Source: Polaromonas sp.
Lineage (GTDB): Bacteria; Pseudomonadota; Gammaproteobacteria; Burkholderiales; Burkholderiaceae_C
NCBI GenBank assembly: GCA_040400945.1
Contig: JBBAPG010000011.1
Location: forward strand, 10,400 to 74,399
Reading direction: 5' to 3'
DNA length: 64,000 nucleotides
In this document: in pieces, positions 50,844 through 60,627 of the stretch
How the letters are laid out: each line of letters starts with the position of its first letter
Numbering within the stretch: the stretch's first letter is position 1
Notes under the pieces: model-generated
What the model saw: the letters and a program-made list of their open reading frames with translations, nothing else
Database searches by the model: none
Told to the model about the DNA's origin: nothing
Position numbers and translations under genes: made by a program

Positions 50844-52379
50844 TCAAGGGGCGGCAGTTGAAGCGGCAGCGGAAGTTGCGGCGTCGCGCGTCCAGCCACC
50901 GCCCACGGCGCGGTACAGCGCCACCCAGGCGCTCTGGCGTTCTTGCAGCAAGCTGGTTTCAGTGAGTTGCGCCGCCAGCAGTGCGCGCCTCGCGTCTTCG
51001 AGTTCGACCAGACTGGCCAGGCCCGCCTTGTAGCGCGCCTCGGTACCGGCAAAGGAAGCGCGGTAGCCGGCCACCGCCGTTTGCACATCGGTGCTGCGTT
51101 CAGCCGTGGCTTGCAAGTTCACCAGCGCGTCTTCGACTTCCCGCACGGCTTGCCGCACCTTGGCGCGGTACACGGCCACGGACTCGGTGTACCTGGCCTC
51201 GGCGGCCTGCACATTGGCTGCGCGCCGGCCGCCATCGAAGAGCGGCAAGCTCAGCGTCAGCGGGCCGATGGACCAGGCGCCCTGGGTACTGGTGTCGCCG
51301 CCAGAACTCACACTGACCTTGCCGACCGAGCCATTCAGGCTCAGGCGAGGAAAGCGCTGGGCTTGCGCGGCGCCGGTGTCGGCGCTGGCAGCAGCCACGT
51401 CGCGCTCGGCCGCAAACACATCAGGCCGCTGCGCCAGCGCCTGGGCCGGCACGCTGGCCACCGGCAGGGCCGAGGCCAGGTTCAGGGCTGCAGCAGGCGT
51501 CTGCAGGGCTTGCAGCAAATCAGCTTCGGCCATGCCGGTCAGCGCGACCAAGGCCTTGGTGCCTAGCGCGCATTGGGCGCGTTGCTGCACCGCGCGCGCA
51601 TTCGCCTCGGCAGCACTGGCGCTGGCCAGCGCCACGGTGGCCGGCGGCGTGAATCCGGCGTCGCCGCTGAGCCGGCTCAGGCGTGCGGTTTCGGCGCGCG
51701 ATTGCGCGTCGGCGCGGGTCACGGCTTCAAGTTGCTGGCAGCTGCGCAGCGCGATGTACTGCGTCGCCACTTCGGCGGCGACCGACACCCGGGCTTCGTG
51801 CCAGCCGGCCTCGGCGCCCGCCAGCCGCTGGGCGGCCGCGTTGGCGCTGGCGCGGTTGCCACCAAACAGATCAATTTCCCAGCTGGCCTGCAAGCCGGCC
51901 TGGGCGGTGGTGGTGAGCGGATTGCCAGCCGTCTGGGTGGCCGGGCCGCGGTTGGCGATGACGGCCGCGTCCAGCGACGGCAAGCTGGCGGCGCCGGCCG
52001 CCGTGCGCGCGGCCTGCGCCGTGCTGATGCGCGCACGCGCCGAGGCCACGCTGGGGCTGACGGCCTGCGCCTGGCGAATCAGCTCGGCCAGCAGCGGGTC
52101 GCCTTGCGCGGCCCACCAGCGGCTGAGGTCGCCCAGGCTGCCCTGATGCGGCAGTGGGTGCGGCAGTGGGTGCGGCAGTGGGTGCGGCAACTGGGCACCG
52201 GCGGCTTGCAAAGGCACCTGCCATGCGGCCGCCACCTGGGACGGCGCCGTGGTCGGCGGCCCACTGACGGCGCAGGCGGTCAGCGCCAGCAAGGCCGGCA
52301 AAGCGCAGGCGAAGGCGGCGAATGGTCGAGCGCGAAAACGCTCGTGAACCCAGGATGTTGGTGATGACTCAAGGGGCAT
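50844..52379 (-). CDS. efflux outer-membrane factor lipoprotein (NodT/OprM family)
   Basis: Lies within ORF 50844..52466, with the ATG at 52379 as start. The lipobox is LLALTAC. OEP repeats are present. It is the first gene of the OMF-MFP-RND operon. Confidence 0.8.
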   Translation of the reverse strand: MPLESSPTSWVHERFRARPFAAFACALPALLALTACAVSGPPTTAPSQVAAAWQVPLQAAGAQLPHPLPHPLPHPLPHQGSLGDLSRWWAAQGDPLLAELIRQAQAVSPSVASARARISTAQAARTAAGAASLPSLDAAVIANRGPATQTAGNPLTTTAQAGLQASWEIDLFGGNRASANAAAQRLAGAEAGWHEARVSVAAEVATQYIALRSCQQLEAVTRADAQSRAETARLSRLSGDAGFTPPATVALASASAAEANARAVQQRAQCALGTKALVALTGMAEADLLQALQTPAAALNLASALPVASVPAQALAQRPDVFAAERDVAAASADTGAAQAQRFPRLSLNGSVGKVSVSSGGDTSTQGAWSIGPLTLSLPLFDGGRRAANVQAAEARYTESVAVYRAKVRQAVREVEDALVNLQATAERSTDVQTAVAGYRASFAGTEARYKAGLASLVELEDARRALLAAQLTETSLLQERQSAWVALYRAVGGGWTRDAATSAAASTAAP

Positions 52380-52468
52380 AGAGGCTCGGTTTTTTCTTGG
52401 GAAAGCGGAAAGCGGGAAGTCGGCGGCGTCGATCTGCTTGGCCCAGTGCCCTGTGGGCTGGGCCACAT

Positions 52469-55366
52469 TCAGGCCGACCCAAACACCTTGGCCACCAGCG
52501 TCTGCACAGCATCGCGCTCGACCTGCAGCTGTTCAGGACTGACCTCAGTGGGCTCTTCGTTCAGCCGGGCCTGATGCTGCACCCGGCGCAGCTCGCGGTA
52601 GGCGTCGGCCGCATGCTGGCCCACGCCGGCTGGCAACAGCCCGACCTGCTCGGTCCGCTGCAAGAGTGCGATATTGCCCACGTTGTCCACCAGCTCGAGG
52701 TGACGGGCGGACTCGGCCAGCACCAGATACTGCACGGCAAACTCGGCATCGACCATGCCGCCCGAGGCGTGCTTGACGTCAAACTGCTCGCCTTCAAACA
52801 TGGAGCGCGCGCCCTGGCTGCGGCGCGGCGGGTGGGCGCTGCGCACCTTGGCGCGCATGGCGGCGATCTCCTGGCGCAGGGCGTCGGCATCGCGCGGGGT
52901 GGTGATGACGGCGCGGCGCACCGCGTCAAAGCGCTCGCGCAAGGCCGGGCTGCCCAGCACGCAGCGGGCGCGCGTCATGGCCTGGTGTTCCCAGGTCCAG
53001 GCGGTGTTGCTGCCGCGCTGCTGCTGGTAGTTGGCATAGGCCTCAAAGCTGGTGACCAGCATGCCGGCGCTGCCGTTGGGGCGCAGCGCGGTGTCGATCT
53101 CGAACAAATCGCCTTCGCTGGTTTTGACGGTCAGCCAGTTGATGAGCTTGCGCACCAGCCCCGCATAAATTTCGCCAGCTTGTTCGTTAGCGTCGTCGTA
53201 CACAAAAACAATGTCCAGGTCGCTGCCGTAGCCCAGCTCTTTGCCGCCCAGCTTGCCGTAGGCAATGATGGCGATGTTCGGCACCTCTTGATGGCGGTTT
53301 TTCAGGCGCTGCCAGCACCAGTCGGTGGTCAGTTGTAGCACGGCCTCGGCCAGTGCGCTCAAGTCGTCAGCCACCTGCTCGACGCTCAGCACGCCTTCCA
53401 CGTCGCGCGCCAGCGTGCGGAAAACTTCAGCGTGGTGTGCGCGGCGAAGCAGGTTCAGACAGGCTTCTTCGTCGTCTTCACCGGTGCGCTTCAAGGCCAT
53501 CAGGCGCTGCGTCAATTCAGCGCTGAAGGCGGCCGAATCAAAGCGCTGCTGCAGCATGTCCGGGCTGGCGAGTTCGTCGATCACGCCGGGGTGTTGCAAC
53601 AAGTAGCGTGCTGGCCATCGCGCCGCGCCCAGGAGGCGCAGCAGCCGCTCGTGCACCGACGGCCGCTCAAGCAGCATGGCCATATAACTTTCGCGGCGCA
53701 GCAGCGGTTCGACCCAATCCATCAGGCGCAGTGCGGCGGTTTCAGACACGCGCCCTTCGACCAACCAGCCTCCTGTGCGCTGCACCAGCCTGACCAGGCG
53801 CGCACGCGATTCATCACGCAGGCCCAGCACGCGGGGATGCTCGGCCCAGGCCGTGATGCGGTCCCTGAAAGACGCTGGCCACGGCTCGGTGAGTTGCTCC
53901 AGCAACTCGTTCAAACCTTGCGGCGTGGCGCTGGCCTTGTTGCAGGTCTTGCACGCCTGGCCACCGCCCAGCAGCTTGTCAAACTCGCCGGCCACCAGTT
54001 CGCGGTGTGCGTCCAGCGCGCATAAAAACGGCCCGCAATTTTCAAACCCCATGGTGGCCGCGATCCAGCACAGGTCTTCGTCGTTGGTGGGCAGCACATG
54101 GGTTTGCTGGTCGTCCAGGTACTGGATGCGGTGCTCGACCTGGCGCAAGAATTCATAGGCGCGCGCCAGCGCGTCGGCGGTGTCTTGCGGCATCAGGCCC
54201 GCGTTAGCCACGCGTTGCAAGGCCTCCACCGTGGGGCGGCATCGCAACTCGGGGAACTGGCCGCCGCGCACCACTTGCAGCAGTTGCACGGTGAACTCGA
54301 TCTCGCGAATGCCGCCGCGTGACAGCTTGACGTCATTGGCGCGCTCGGGGTGACCGGCCGCACGGCGATGCGCTTGCTCCCGAATCTGGTGATGCAGGTT
54401 GCGCAGCGAATCGAAAACGTTGTAGTCCAGGTAGCGGCGAAACACAAAGGGCAACACAACGTTGCGCAGCGCTTGCGCCGAGCCATGCGGCAAGTTCTCG
54501 TCACGTTTGGCGTTTTCACGTTGGCCATTCAGGCAAGACAGCGGCGCCACCACGCGGCTCTTGAGCCAGGCAAAGCGCTCCCATTCACGGCCTTGCACCT
54601 GAAAATATTCTTCGAGTGCGCTGAGCGAGACCGCCGCCGGGCCGGAGTTGCCATTGGGCCGCAGCGCCAGGTCCACGCGGAACACAAAGCCGTGCTCGGT
54701 CACGTCGCCAATCAGGGCGTAGATGGCCTTGACCTGGTGCGCGAAATATTCGTGATTCGAAATGATGCCGCGCCCGTCGGCGCGGCCGGCGGTCTGGCCG
54801 TCCTGGTCATAGACATAGATCAAGTCGATGTCGCTGGAGACATTGAGCTCGCGCGCGCCCAGCTTGCCCATGCCGATGACCCACAGCGTGGCGCGACCGG
54901 GCGAAGGCTGGCCTTCGGCGGCGGGCGGCAGCATGGGTGCGCCAAAGCGCTCGTCGAGTTCAGGTTGGGTGTGGCGCAGGGCTTCGTCCAGGGCCAGTTC
55001 GGCCAGCTCCGTCATGGCGCTGGTGACCACGCTGAGCACAGCCGGGGTGGAGGCATTGCAGTCCAGCACCACCAGGCGCTCCATCACTGCTTGGCGCAGC
55101 ACGCGCAACGCCGCGCCCAGCGCCAGCCCCTGTGCGCGCAGCACGGCCAGGGTCTGCTGCATCGTCGCGCGTGTGGGTGCGCCGGCAGCCAACAGAGGCA
55201 AGGCATCGGGGTAGCGCCGGCGAATGCGCTGAACGAAACGCGAGTGTTCGGCGTGTTCAGCCGTGGCGGGTTTATCTGCGCAAGGGCCACAGCGATCTGC
55301 AAGATCCTGGGCTTTCGATTCGGGCAACTCGGCGCTGACAAAGCTAGACGACATCACGCTGATCAC
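52469..55366 (-). CDS. glnE: bifunctional glutamine synthetase adenylyltransferase/adenylyl-removing enzyme
   Basis: 965 aa with two nucleotidyltransferase modules (GKLGARELNVSSDIDLIYVY and GKLGGKELGYGSDLDIVFVY). Confidence 0.92.
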   Translation of the reverse strand: MISVMSSSFVSAELPESKAQDLADRCGPCADKPATAEHAEHSRFVQRIRRRYPDALPLLAAGAPTRATMQQTLAVLRAQGLALGAALRVLRQAVMERLVVLDCNASTPAVLSVVTSAMTELAELALDEALRHTQPELDERFGAPMLPPAAEGQPSPGRATLWVIGMGKLGARELNVSSDIDLIYVYDQDGQTAGRADGRGIISNHEYFAHQVKAIYALIGDVTEHGFVFRVDLALRPNGNSGPAAVSLSALEEYFQVQGREWERFAWLKSRVVAPLSCLNGQRENAKRDENLPHGSAQALRNVVLPFVFRRYLDYNVFDSLRNLHHQIREQAHRRAAGHPERANDVKLSRGGIREIEFTVQLLQVVRGGQFPELRCRPTVEALQRVANAGLMPQDTADALARAYEFLRQVEHRIQYLDDQQTHVLPTNDEDLCWIAATMGFENCGPFLCALDAHRELVAGEFDKLLGGGQACKTCNKASATPQGLNELLEQLTEPWPASFRDRITAWAEHPRVLGLRDESRARLVRLVQRTGGWLVEGRVSETAALRLMDWVEPLLRRESYMAMLLERPSVHERLLRLLGAARWPARYLLQHPGVIDELASPDMLQQRFDSAAFSAELTQRLMALKRTGEDDEEACLNLLRRAHHAEVFRTLARDVEGVLSVEQVADDLSALAEAVLQLTTDWCWQRLKNRHQEVPNIAIIAYGKLGGKELGYGSDLDIVFVYDDANEQAGEIYAGLVRKLINWLTVKTSEGDLFEIDTALRPNGSAGMLVTSFEAYANYQQQRGSNTAWTWEHQAMTRARCVLGSPALRERFDAVRRAVITTPRDADALRQEIAAMRAKVRSAHPPRRSQGARSMFEGEQFDVKHASGGMVDAEFAVQYLVLAESARHLELVDNVGNIALLQRTEQVGLLPAGVGQHAADAYRELRRVQHQARLNEEPTEVSPEQLQVERDAVQTLVAKVFGSA

Positions 55367-55443
55367 TTCTTCTGAATTGTTGTGGCTTGTTCTGCCGGGG
55401 CGCCCCGAGACCGGCCGTCATAATTCCACGAGTCCGAGAACCC

Positions 55444-58400
55444 ATGCTTTCACCCACCGCCGCCATCCTCCCATCGCCCTCCGGCCGCCTGCGCTTGTTT
55501 GCGCGAATGGCGCGCGCCTTGCTGTGGCTGCTGCTGGCATTTTGGGTGTTGGTGGGCATCAGCTGGGCCCTGCTCCATGGCTGGATTGTGCCGCGTATCA
55601 GCGAATTTCGCCCGCGGCTGGAGGCCGCCGCGAGTCAAGCCTTGGGCGTGCCCGTGCGGATCGGGCAACTCAGCGCTTCGTCCGTCGGTCTGAACCCTTC
55701 TTTCGAATTCAACGAGGTCACCCTGCTGGATGGCGCCGGTCGCCCCGCGCTGCGCCTGCCGCATGTGGTGGTCGGCCTGTCGCCGCTGGCAGTGTCGGGC
55801 TGGGGCATTGCCCAGCTGGTGGTCGAAGGCGCTGAGCTGGACATACGGCGCAACGCCGATGGCCGACTGGAAATTGCCGGGCTCGATCTGGCGCAGGATC
55901 CCAGCCAAGGCCCGAGCGCGCTGGCCGACTGGGCGCTGAGCCAGAAAGAGCTGGTGCTGCGCGGCGGCCAGCTGCGCTGGACTGACGACATGCGCGCCGC
56001 GCCACCGCTGGTGCTGAGCGACGTAGAGGCCGTGCTGCGCAACGGCGGCCAGCACCACCGCTTGCGCATAGACGCCACGCCGCCAGCGGCCTGGGGCGAT
56101 CGCTTTTCGTTGCGCGCGTCCTTGCGCGAGCCTTTTTCACTTGGCTTTTTCAAGCCGCGCCAGATGCCCTGGCAAAACGGTTCCGGCGAGTTGTTTGCAG
56201 AGTTCAGCCGCATCGACATTGCCGAACTGCGGCCTTTCCTGGGCTTGCTCGACCAGCTGACGGTGGGGGCAGACCTGGCCAGCGGAAGGGGCGCGCTGCG
56301 GCTGTGGACGGACATCAAAGACGGGCAGTTCAGCGCGGCCACGGCCGACCTGGCCCTCGAGGGCGTGCGGGCACGGCTGGCCAGCCATTTGCAGCCCCTG
56401 GCCTTGGCCAGCCTGTCGGGCCGCATCAGCGGGCAGCGGCTGGCCACGGGCTTTGAAGTGCGCAGCGAGGACCTTCGCTTTGAAACCGAGGACAAGCTGG
56501 CCTGGCCCGGCGGCAAGCTGAGCCTGGTGCACACCCAGGCCGAGGGCCAGCAAGCCAGCCGCACCGAGCTGAATGCCGACACGCTGGACCTGGCCACATT
56601 GGCGGCGCTGTCGGCGCGGCTGCCGCTGTCGGCGGCGCTGCACAGCGAGCTGTTGAGCCTGGCACCGCGAGGCCGGGTGGAGCAACTGACCGCGCGCTGG
56701 CAGGGGCCCGCCGCGCAGCCGCAGGCGCTGAGCGCACGCGGCCGGGTGCGAGGCCTGAGCTTGGCCCCCGGCACTGCGGACGACACAGCCCAACCTGGCC
56801 AATCAGTGCCACCGGGCCGGCCCGGCGTGGCGCAGCTGGACCTGGACTTCGAGCTGACCCCCCAAGGCGGACAAGCCAAGCTGGCCATGGCGGATGGCGC
56901 GATCAGCCTGCCCGGTGTATTGGCTCAGCCGCGTCTGCCCGTGACCCAACTGTCAGGCCAGATGGCGTGGACCCTGACGCCGAATGCGGCAACAAAGCCC
57001 GAAGCGCTTGCCCAAGCCGACGAGACCGCCCCAAGCGGCGGCTATCTGAACCGCATCAGCCAGCTGCGCTTGACAGGTCTTCGCTTTGCCAATGCCGACT
57101 TGGCCGGCCGCGCCGAGTTGGCCTGGCAGCCACCAGCCGCAGGCCAGAGCGGGCCGGGCCTGCTGGACCTGCAAGCGAGCCTGAGCCGGGGCCGCGCCAC
57201 TGCGGTGCACCGCTACCTGCCGCAAATACTGCCGCTGCCCGTGAGGCAGTACCTGGAAGGTGCACTGCGGGACGGTGAATTGGCCGACGTGAAGCTCACG
57301 CTCAAGGGTGATTTGCAGCATTTCCCTTTTGCTGATCCGCGCCAAGGCGACCTGGAACTCTCGGCGCGCCTGCGCCAAGTGCGACTGGCTTATGGGGCGA
57401 CCATGGCCCCGCCATCGACCTTGCCCTGGCCCGAACTCGAAGCGCTGGACGGCGAGCTGGTGATTCAGCGCAGCAGGCTGGAGGTGCGTCAGCTGCAAGG
57501 TCGCGCGACGGGACTGCCGGGCTTGCAACTGCTGCATGGCAAGGTCTTGATTGCCGACCTCGGGGCGCCGCTGCTGGACATCAGCTTTCAGGCCAAGGGC
57601 GCGCTGGCCCAAGGCCTGCAGTACGTCAACCGCTCACCCGTCTCGGCCATGCTGGGCGACGCATTGCGTCAAGCCAGCGCCACCGGCCCGGCCGACTACA
57701 GCATGCGGCTGACCCTGCCCCTGACCGGTAACGACAAGATGCGCTTGCAGGCCAGCTTGGTGCTGCCGGGCAATGACCTGCGCCTGGCACCCGAGCTGCC
57801 GCTGCTGGCCCGGGCGCGCGGCACGCTGAACTTCACAGAAGACAGCTTGCGTCTGGCCAATGCCCAAGCGCGCGTGCTGGGCGGAGACCTTCAGTTTGAA
57901 GGCGGCCAAAGCGCGCCCACCGCCGGCCGCACGGACAGCGAGCCACTGCTGCAGTTTCGCGGCCAGGGCACGCTGACCGCCGAAGGGCTGCGGCAGGCAG
58001 GCGAGGCGGGGGCATCGGCGCACTTGGCACCGCTGGCACAAATTGCCCAGATCGGCCAGGTGGCCAGCGGCAGCGCAGCCTACACCGTCGTGCTGGGCGT
58101 GCGGCGCGGCGAGATCGAGTTCAAACTCAACAGCCCCTTGACCGGCCTGGCGCTGGACTTGCCGGCGCCATTGAAGAAGTCCTTGACGGAAACCCTGCCG
58201 CTGCAAATCGAACGCAGCGTGCGGACAGCCGGTCTCAGCGGCCTTGATAGCCGCAACGGCTTGCAAGATCAGCTCTCACTGACCCTGGGCGACAAGGCCA
58301 GCGTGCGTTATGAACGCGCCCTGGAAACAAGCGCCACGCAGGCCGGCCGCGTGACGACGCCGCGCGTGCTGCGTGGCAGCCTGGCGCTGGGCCTGCCGCC

Positions 58401-59802
58401 CGGCGAGAGCGTGACACTGCCGGCGCAAGGCGTAGCGGCCAAGCTGCAACTCGCGCAGGCCGACCTGGATGCTTGGCAAAACTTGCTGGGCTTGCCTTTG
58501 GCTGCCTCAGCATCTGCAAGTTCAGCAGCTTCAGCTGCTACCCCCGCGCCGGCCTTTCCCCTGCAGCCCTACCTGCCAACGCAGCTGAACCTGCGCGCTC
58601 AAAGCCTGAGCTACCAAGGCTATCAATTGAACGACCTGGCGCTGATCGCCACGCGCGACGGCATGCTCTGGCACACAGACATCGAGGCGCGCGAGCTCAG
58701 CGGCTACGCCGAATTCGGGCAGGGCAGCACCGCCCGGGGCGACCGCCTCTACGCCCGGCTGACACGCCTGAACCTGGCAGCCAGCATGGCGCGCGACGTT
58801 GAGGCGCTGCTGGACCCCAGCGGCAGCAGCGTCAAAGCCGCATCCGGACGCCAAGGCAACCCCGGCCGGCAAGCCGTGCCCGCGCTGGATATCGTGGTGG
58901 ACGACTTCGAATTGCGGGGGCGCAAGTTGGGCCGGCTGGAGGTGGACGCCGTCAACCGCCCACTGCCGGCGCGCGACGGCAACCCGCGTGAATGGCGGCT
59001 CAACCGCCTGCTAATCAGCTCGCCCGAAGGTGTACTGACGGCCAACGGCAGCTGGGCTGTGGCGGTGCCCGCAGCGCCAAGCGTGGCTGCAAACGGGCGC
59101 GAGCCCCGGCGCATGGCCCTGGACTTTAGGCTTGACGTGGCGGACGCCGGCGGCCTGCTCAAGCGCCTGGGCATGGACGGCCTGGTGGGCCGCGGCGCAG
59201 GCAAGCTGGCCGGCGAGCTGCATTGGGCCGGCTCGCCGCTGGCGCTGGACTACCCCAGCTTGAGCGGGCAGCTCAATGTGAATATCGAGCGCGGACAGTT
59301 CCTGAAAGCCGACCCCGGCATTGCCAAGCTGCTGGGCGTGCTCAGCCTGCAGTCCTTGCCGCGCCGCCTGGCGCTGGACTTCAGGGATGTGTTTTCAGAG
59401 GGTTTCGCCTTTGATTTGCTGAGCGGCGATGTGCGCATCGACCAAGGCATTGCCAGCACGCGCAATCTGCAAATGAAGGGCGTGAACGCCGCCGTGATGA
59501 TGGAAGGCAGCGCCGACATCGCGCGCGAAACACAGCAACTGCAAGTGCTGGTGATCCCCGAGGTGAACGCTGGCACCGTGTCCTTGCTGGCGTCGATAGC
59601 CAACCCGGTAGTCGGCGTCGGAACTTTCCTGGCGCAAATGTTTTTGCGCGGCTCACTCAACAGCGCGGCCACGCAGGCCTTTACCATCGACGGCGCATGG
59701 ACAGAGCCGCGCATCACGCGCCTGGAGCGCCGACCGGAGCCCGCCCGTGACAAAACCCAGGCAGACAAGCCGGACAAGCCGGTCAAACCCACCAAGCCCT
59801 GA
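55444..59802 (+). CDS. YhdP/AsmA-like large membrane-anchored protein (DUF3971/TIGR02099-like)
   Basis: About 1450 aa. It has an N-terminal TM anchor (ALLWLLLAFWVLVGISWALL) and a long beta-rich body. The C-terminal sequence ...FTIDGAWTEPRI is typical of this family. The ATG at 55444 was chosen as the start. Confidence 0.7.
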   Translation: MLSPTAAILPSPSGRLRLFARMARALLWLLLAFWVLVGISWALLHGWIVPRISEFRPRLEAAASQALGVPVRIGQLSASSVGLNPSFEFNEVTLLDGAGRPALRLPHVVVGLSPLAVSGWGIAQLVVEGAELDIRRNADGRLEIAGLDLAQDPSQGPSALADWALSQKELVLRGGQLRWTDDMRAAPPLVLSDVEAVLRNGGQHHRLRIDATPPAAWGDRFSLRASLREPFSLGFFKPRQMPWQNGSGELFAEFSRIDIAELRPFLGLLDQLTVGADLASGRGALRLWTDIKDGQFSAATADLALEGVRARLASHLQPLALASLSGRISGQRLATGFEVRSEDLRFETEDKLAWPGGKLSLVHTQAEGQQASRTELNADTLDLATLAALSARLPLSAALHSELLSLAPRGRVEQLTARWQGPAAQPQALSARGRVRGLSLAPGTADDTAQPGQSVPPGRPGVAQLDLDFELTPQGGQAKLAMADGAISLPGVLAQPRLPVTQLSGQMAWTLTPNAATKPEALAQADETAPSGGYLNRISQLRLTGLRFANADLAGRAELAWQPPAAGQSGPGLLDLQASLSRGRATAVHRYLPQILPLPVRQYLEGALRDGELADVKLTLKGDLQHFPFADPRQGDLELSARLRQVRLAYGATMAPPSTLPWPELEALDGELVIQRSRLEVRQLQGRATGLPGLQLLHGKVLIADLGAPLLDISFQAKGALAQGLQYVNRSPVSAMLGDALRQASATGPADYSMRLTLPLTGNDKMRLQASLVLPGNDLRLAPELPLLARARGTLNFTEDSLRLANAQARVLGGDLQFEGGQSAPTAGRTDSEPLLQFRGQGTLTAEGLRQAGEAGASAHLAPLAQIAQIGQVASGSAAYTVVLGVRRGEIEFKLNSPLTGLALDLPAPLKKSLTETLPLQIERSVRTAGLSGLDSRNGLQDQLSLTLGDKASVRYERALETSATQAGRVTTPRVLRGSLALGLPPGESVTLPAQGVAAKLQLAQADLDAWQNLLGLPLAASASASSAASAATPAPAFPLQPYLPTQLNLRAQSLSYQGYQLNDLALIATRDGMLWHTDIEARELSGYAEFGQGSTARGDRLYARLTRLNLAASMARDVEALLDPSGSSVKAASGRQGNPGRQAVPALDIVVDDFELRGRKLGRLEVDAVNRPLPARDGNPREWRLNRLLISSPEGVLTANGSWAVAVPAAPSVAANGREPRRMALDFRLDVADAGGLLKRLGMDGLVGRGAGKLAGELHWAGSPLALDYPSLSGQLNVNIERGQFLKADPGIAKLLGVLSLQSLPRRLALDFRDVFSEGFAFDLLSGDVRIDQGIASTRNLQMKGVNAAVMMEGSADIARETQQLQVLVIPEVNAGTVSLLASIANPVVGVGTFLAQMFLRGSLNSAATQAFTIDGAWTEPRITRLERRPEPARDKTQADKPDKPVKPTKP

Positions 59803-59820
59803 ACACCCGATGCTCACCGC

Positions 59821-60627
59821 ATGAAAGTTGCCGCACTGCAAATGGTCTCGGGCATGGACTTGCCGGCCAACCTGCGCACCGCGCGCAACTTGCTGGCCCA
59901 AGCCGCAGGCGATGGCGCCGAGCTGGCGCTGCTTCCCGAATATTTCTGTCTGCTGGGGCCCCATGAGCGCAGCAAACTGGCCGTGCAAGAAGCGCCTGGC
60001 CACGGCCCCATACAAGACTTTCTGGCGCAAGCCGCCAGTGACTTCAAGCTCTGGCTGGTGGGCGGCACCCTGCCCTTGGCAACCAGCGATCCGGCGCACG
60101 CCCGCAATACGTCCCTGGCCTTTGACCCGCAAGGCCGCTGCGTGGCCCGCTACGACAAGATGCACCTTTTTCGCTTTGCCGACGGCAGCCAGGAGCACGA
60201 CGAAACCCGCACCCTCAGTGCTGGCAACACGCCGGTGACTTTTGATGTGCCTTCGTGCGACGGCCACACCTGGCGCGTGGGCATGAGTGTTTGCTACGAC
60301 CTGCGCTTTCCGGAGTTGTACCGCGCACTTGGCGCTGACTTGCTGCTGGTGCCCAGCGCCTTCACTTACACCACAGGCCAGGCGCACTGGGACGTGCTGC
60401 TGCGCGCCCGCGCCATCGAAAACCTGGCCTACGTGCTGGCGGCCGCGCAAGGCGGCGTGCATGAAAATGGCCGTCGTACCTGGGGCCACAGCCTGCTGCT
60501 AGACCCGTGGGGCCTGACACTGGGTGAACGCCCGGAAGACGCTGGCCTGGTGATGGGCGAGCTGGATGCTGCGCGCCTGGCTCGTGTGCGCGCCCAACTG
60601 CCTGCGCTGAGCCACCGCGTGCTTTGA
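59821..60627 (+). CDS. carbon-nitrogen hydrolase (nitrilase superfamily) protein
   Basis: Starts MKVAALQMV. The catalytic residues are E (LLPEYF), K (YDKMHLF) and C (MSVCYDLRFPE). Confidence 0.85.
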   Translation: MKVAALQMVSGMDLPANLRTARNLLAQAAGDGAELALLPEYFCLLGPHERSKLAVQEAPGHGPIQDFLAQAASDFKLWLVGGTLPLATSDPAHARNTSLAFDPQGRCVARYDKMHLFRFADGSQEHDETRTLSAGNTPVTFDVPSCDGHTWRVGMSVCYDLRFPELYRALGADLLLVPSAFTYTTGQAHWDVLLRARAIENLAYVLAAAQGGVHENGRRTWGHSLLLDPWGLTLGERPEDAGLVMGELDAARLARVRAQLPALSHRVL

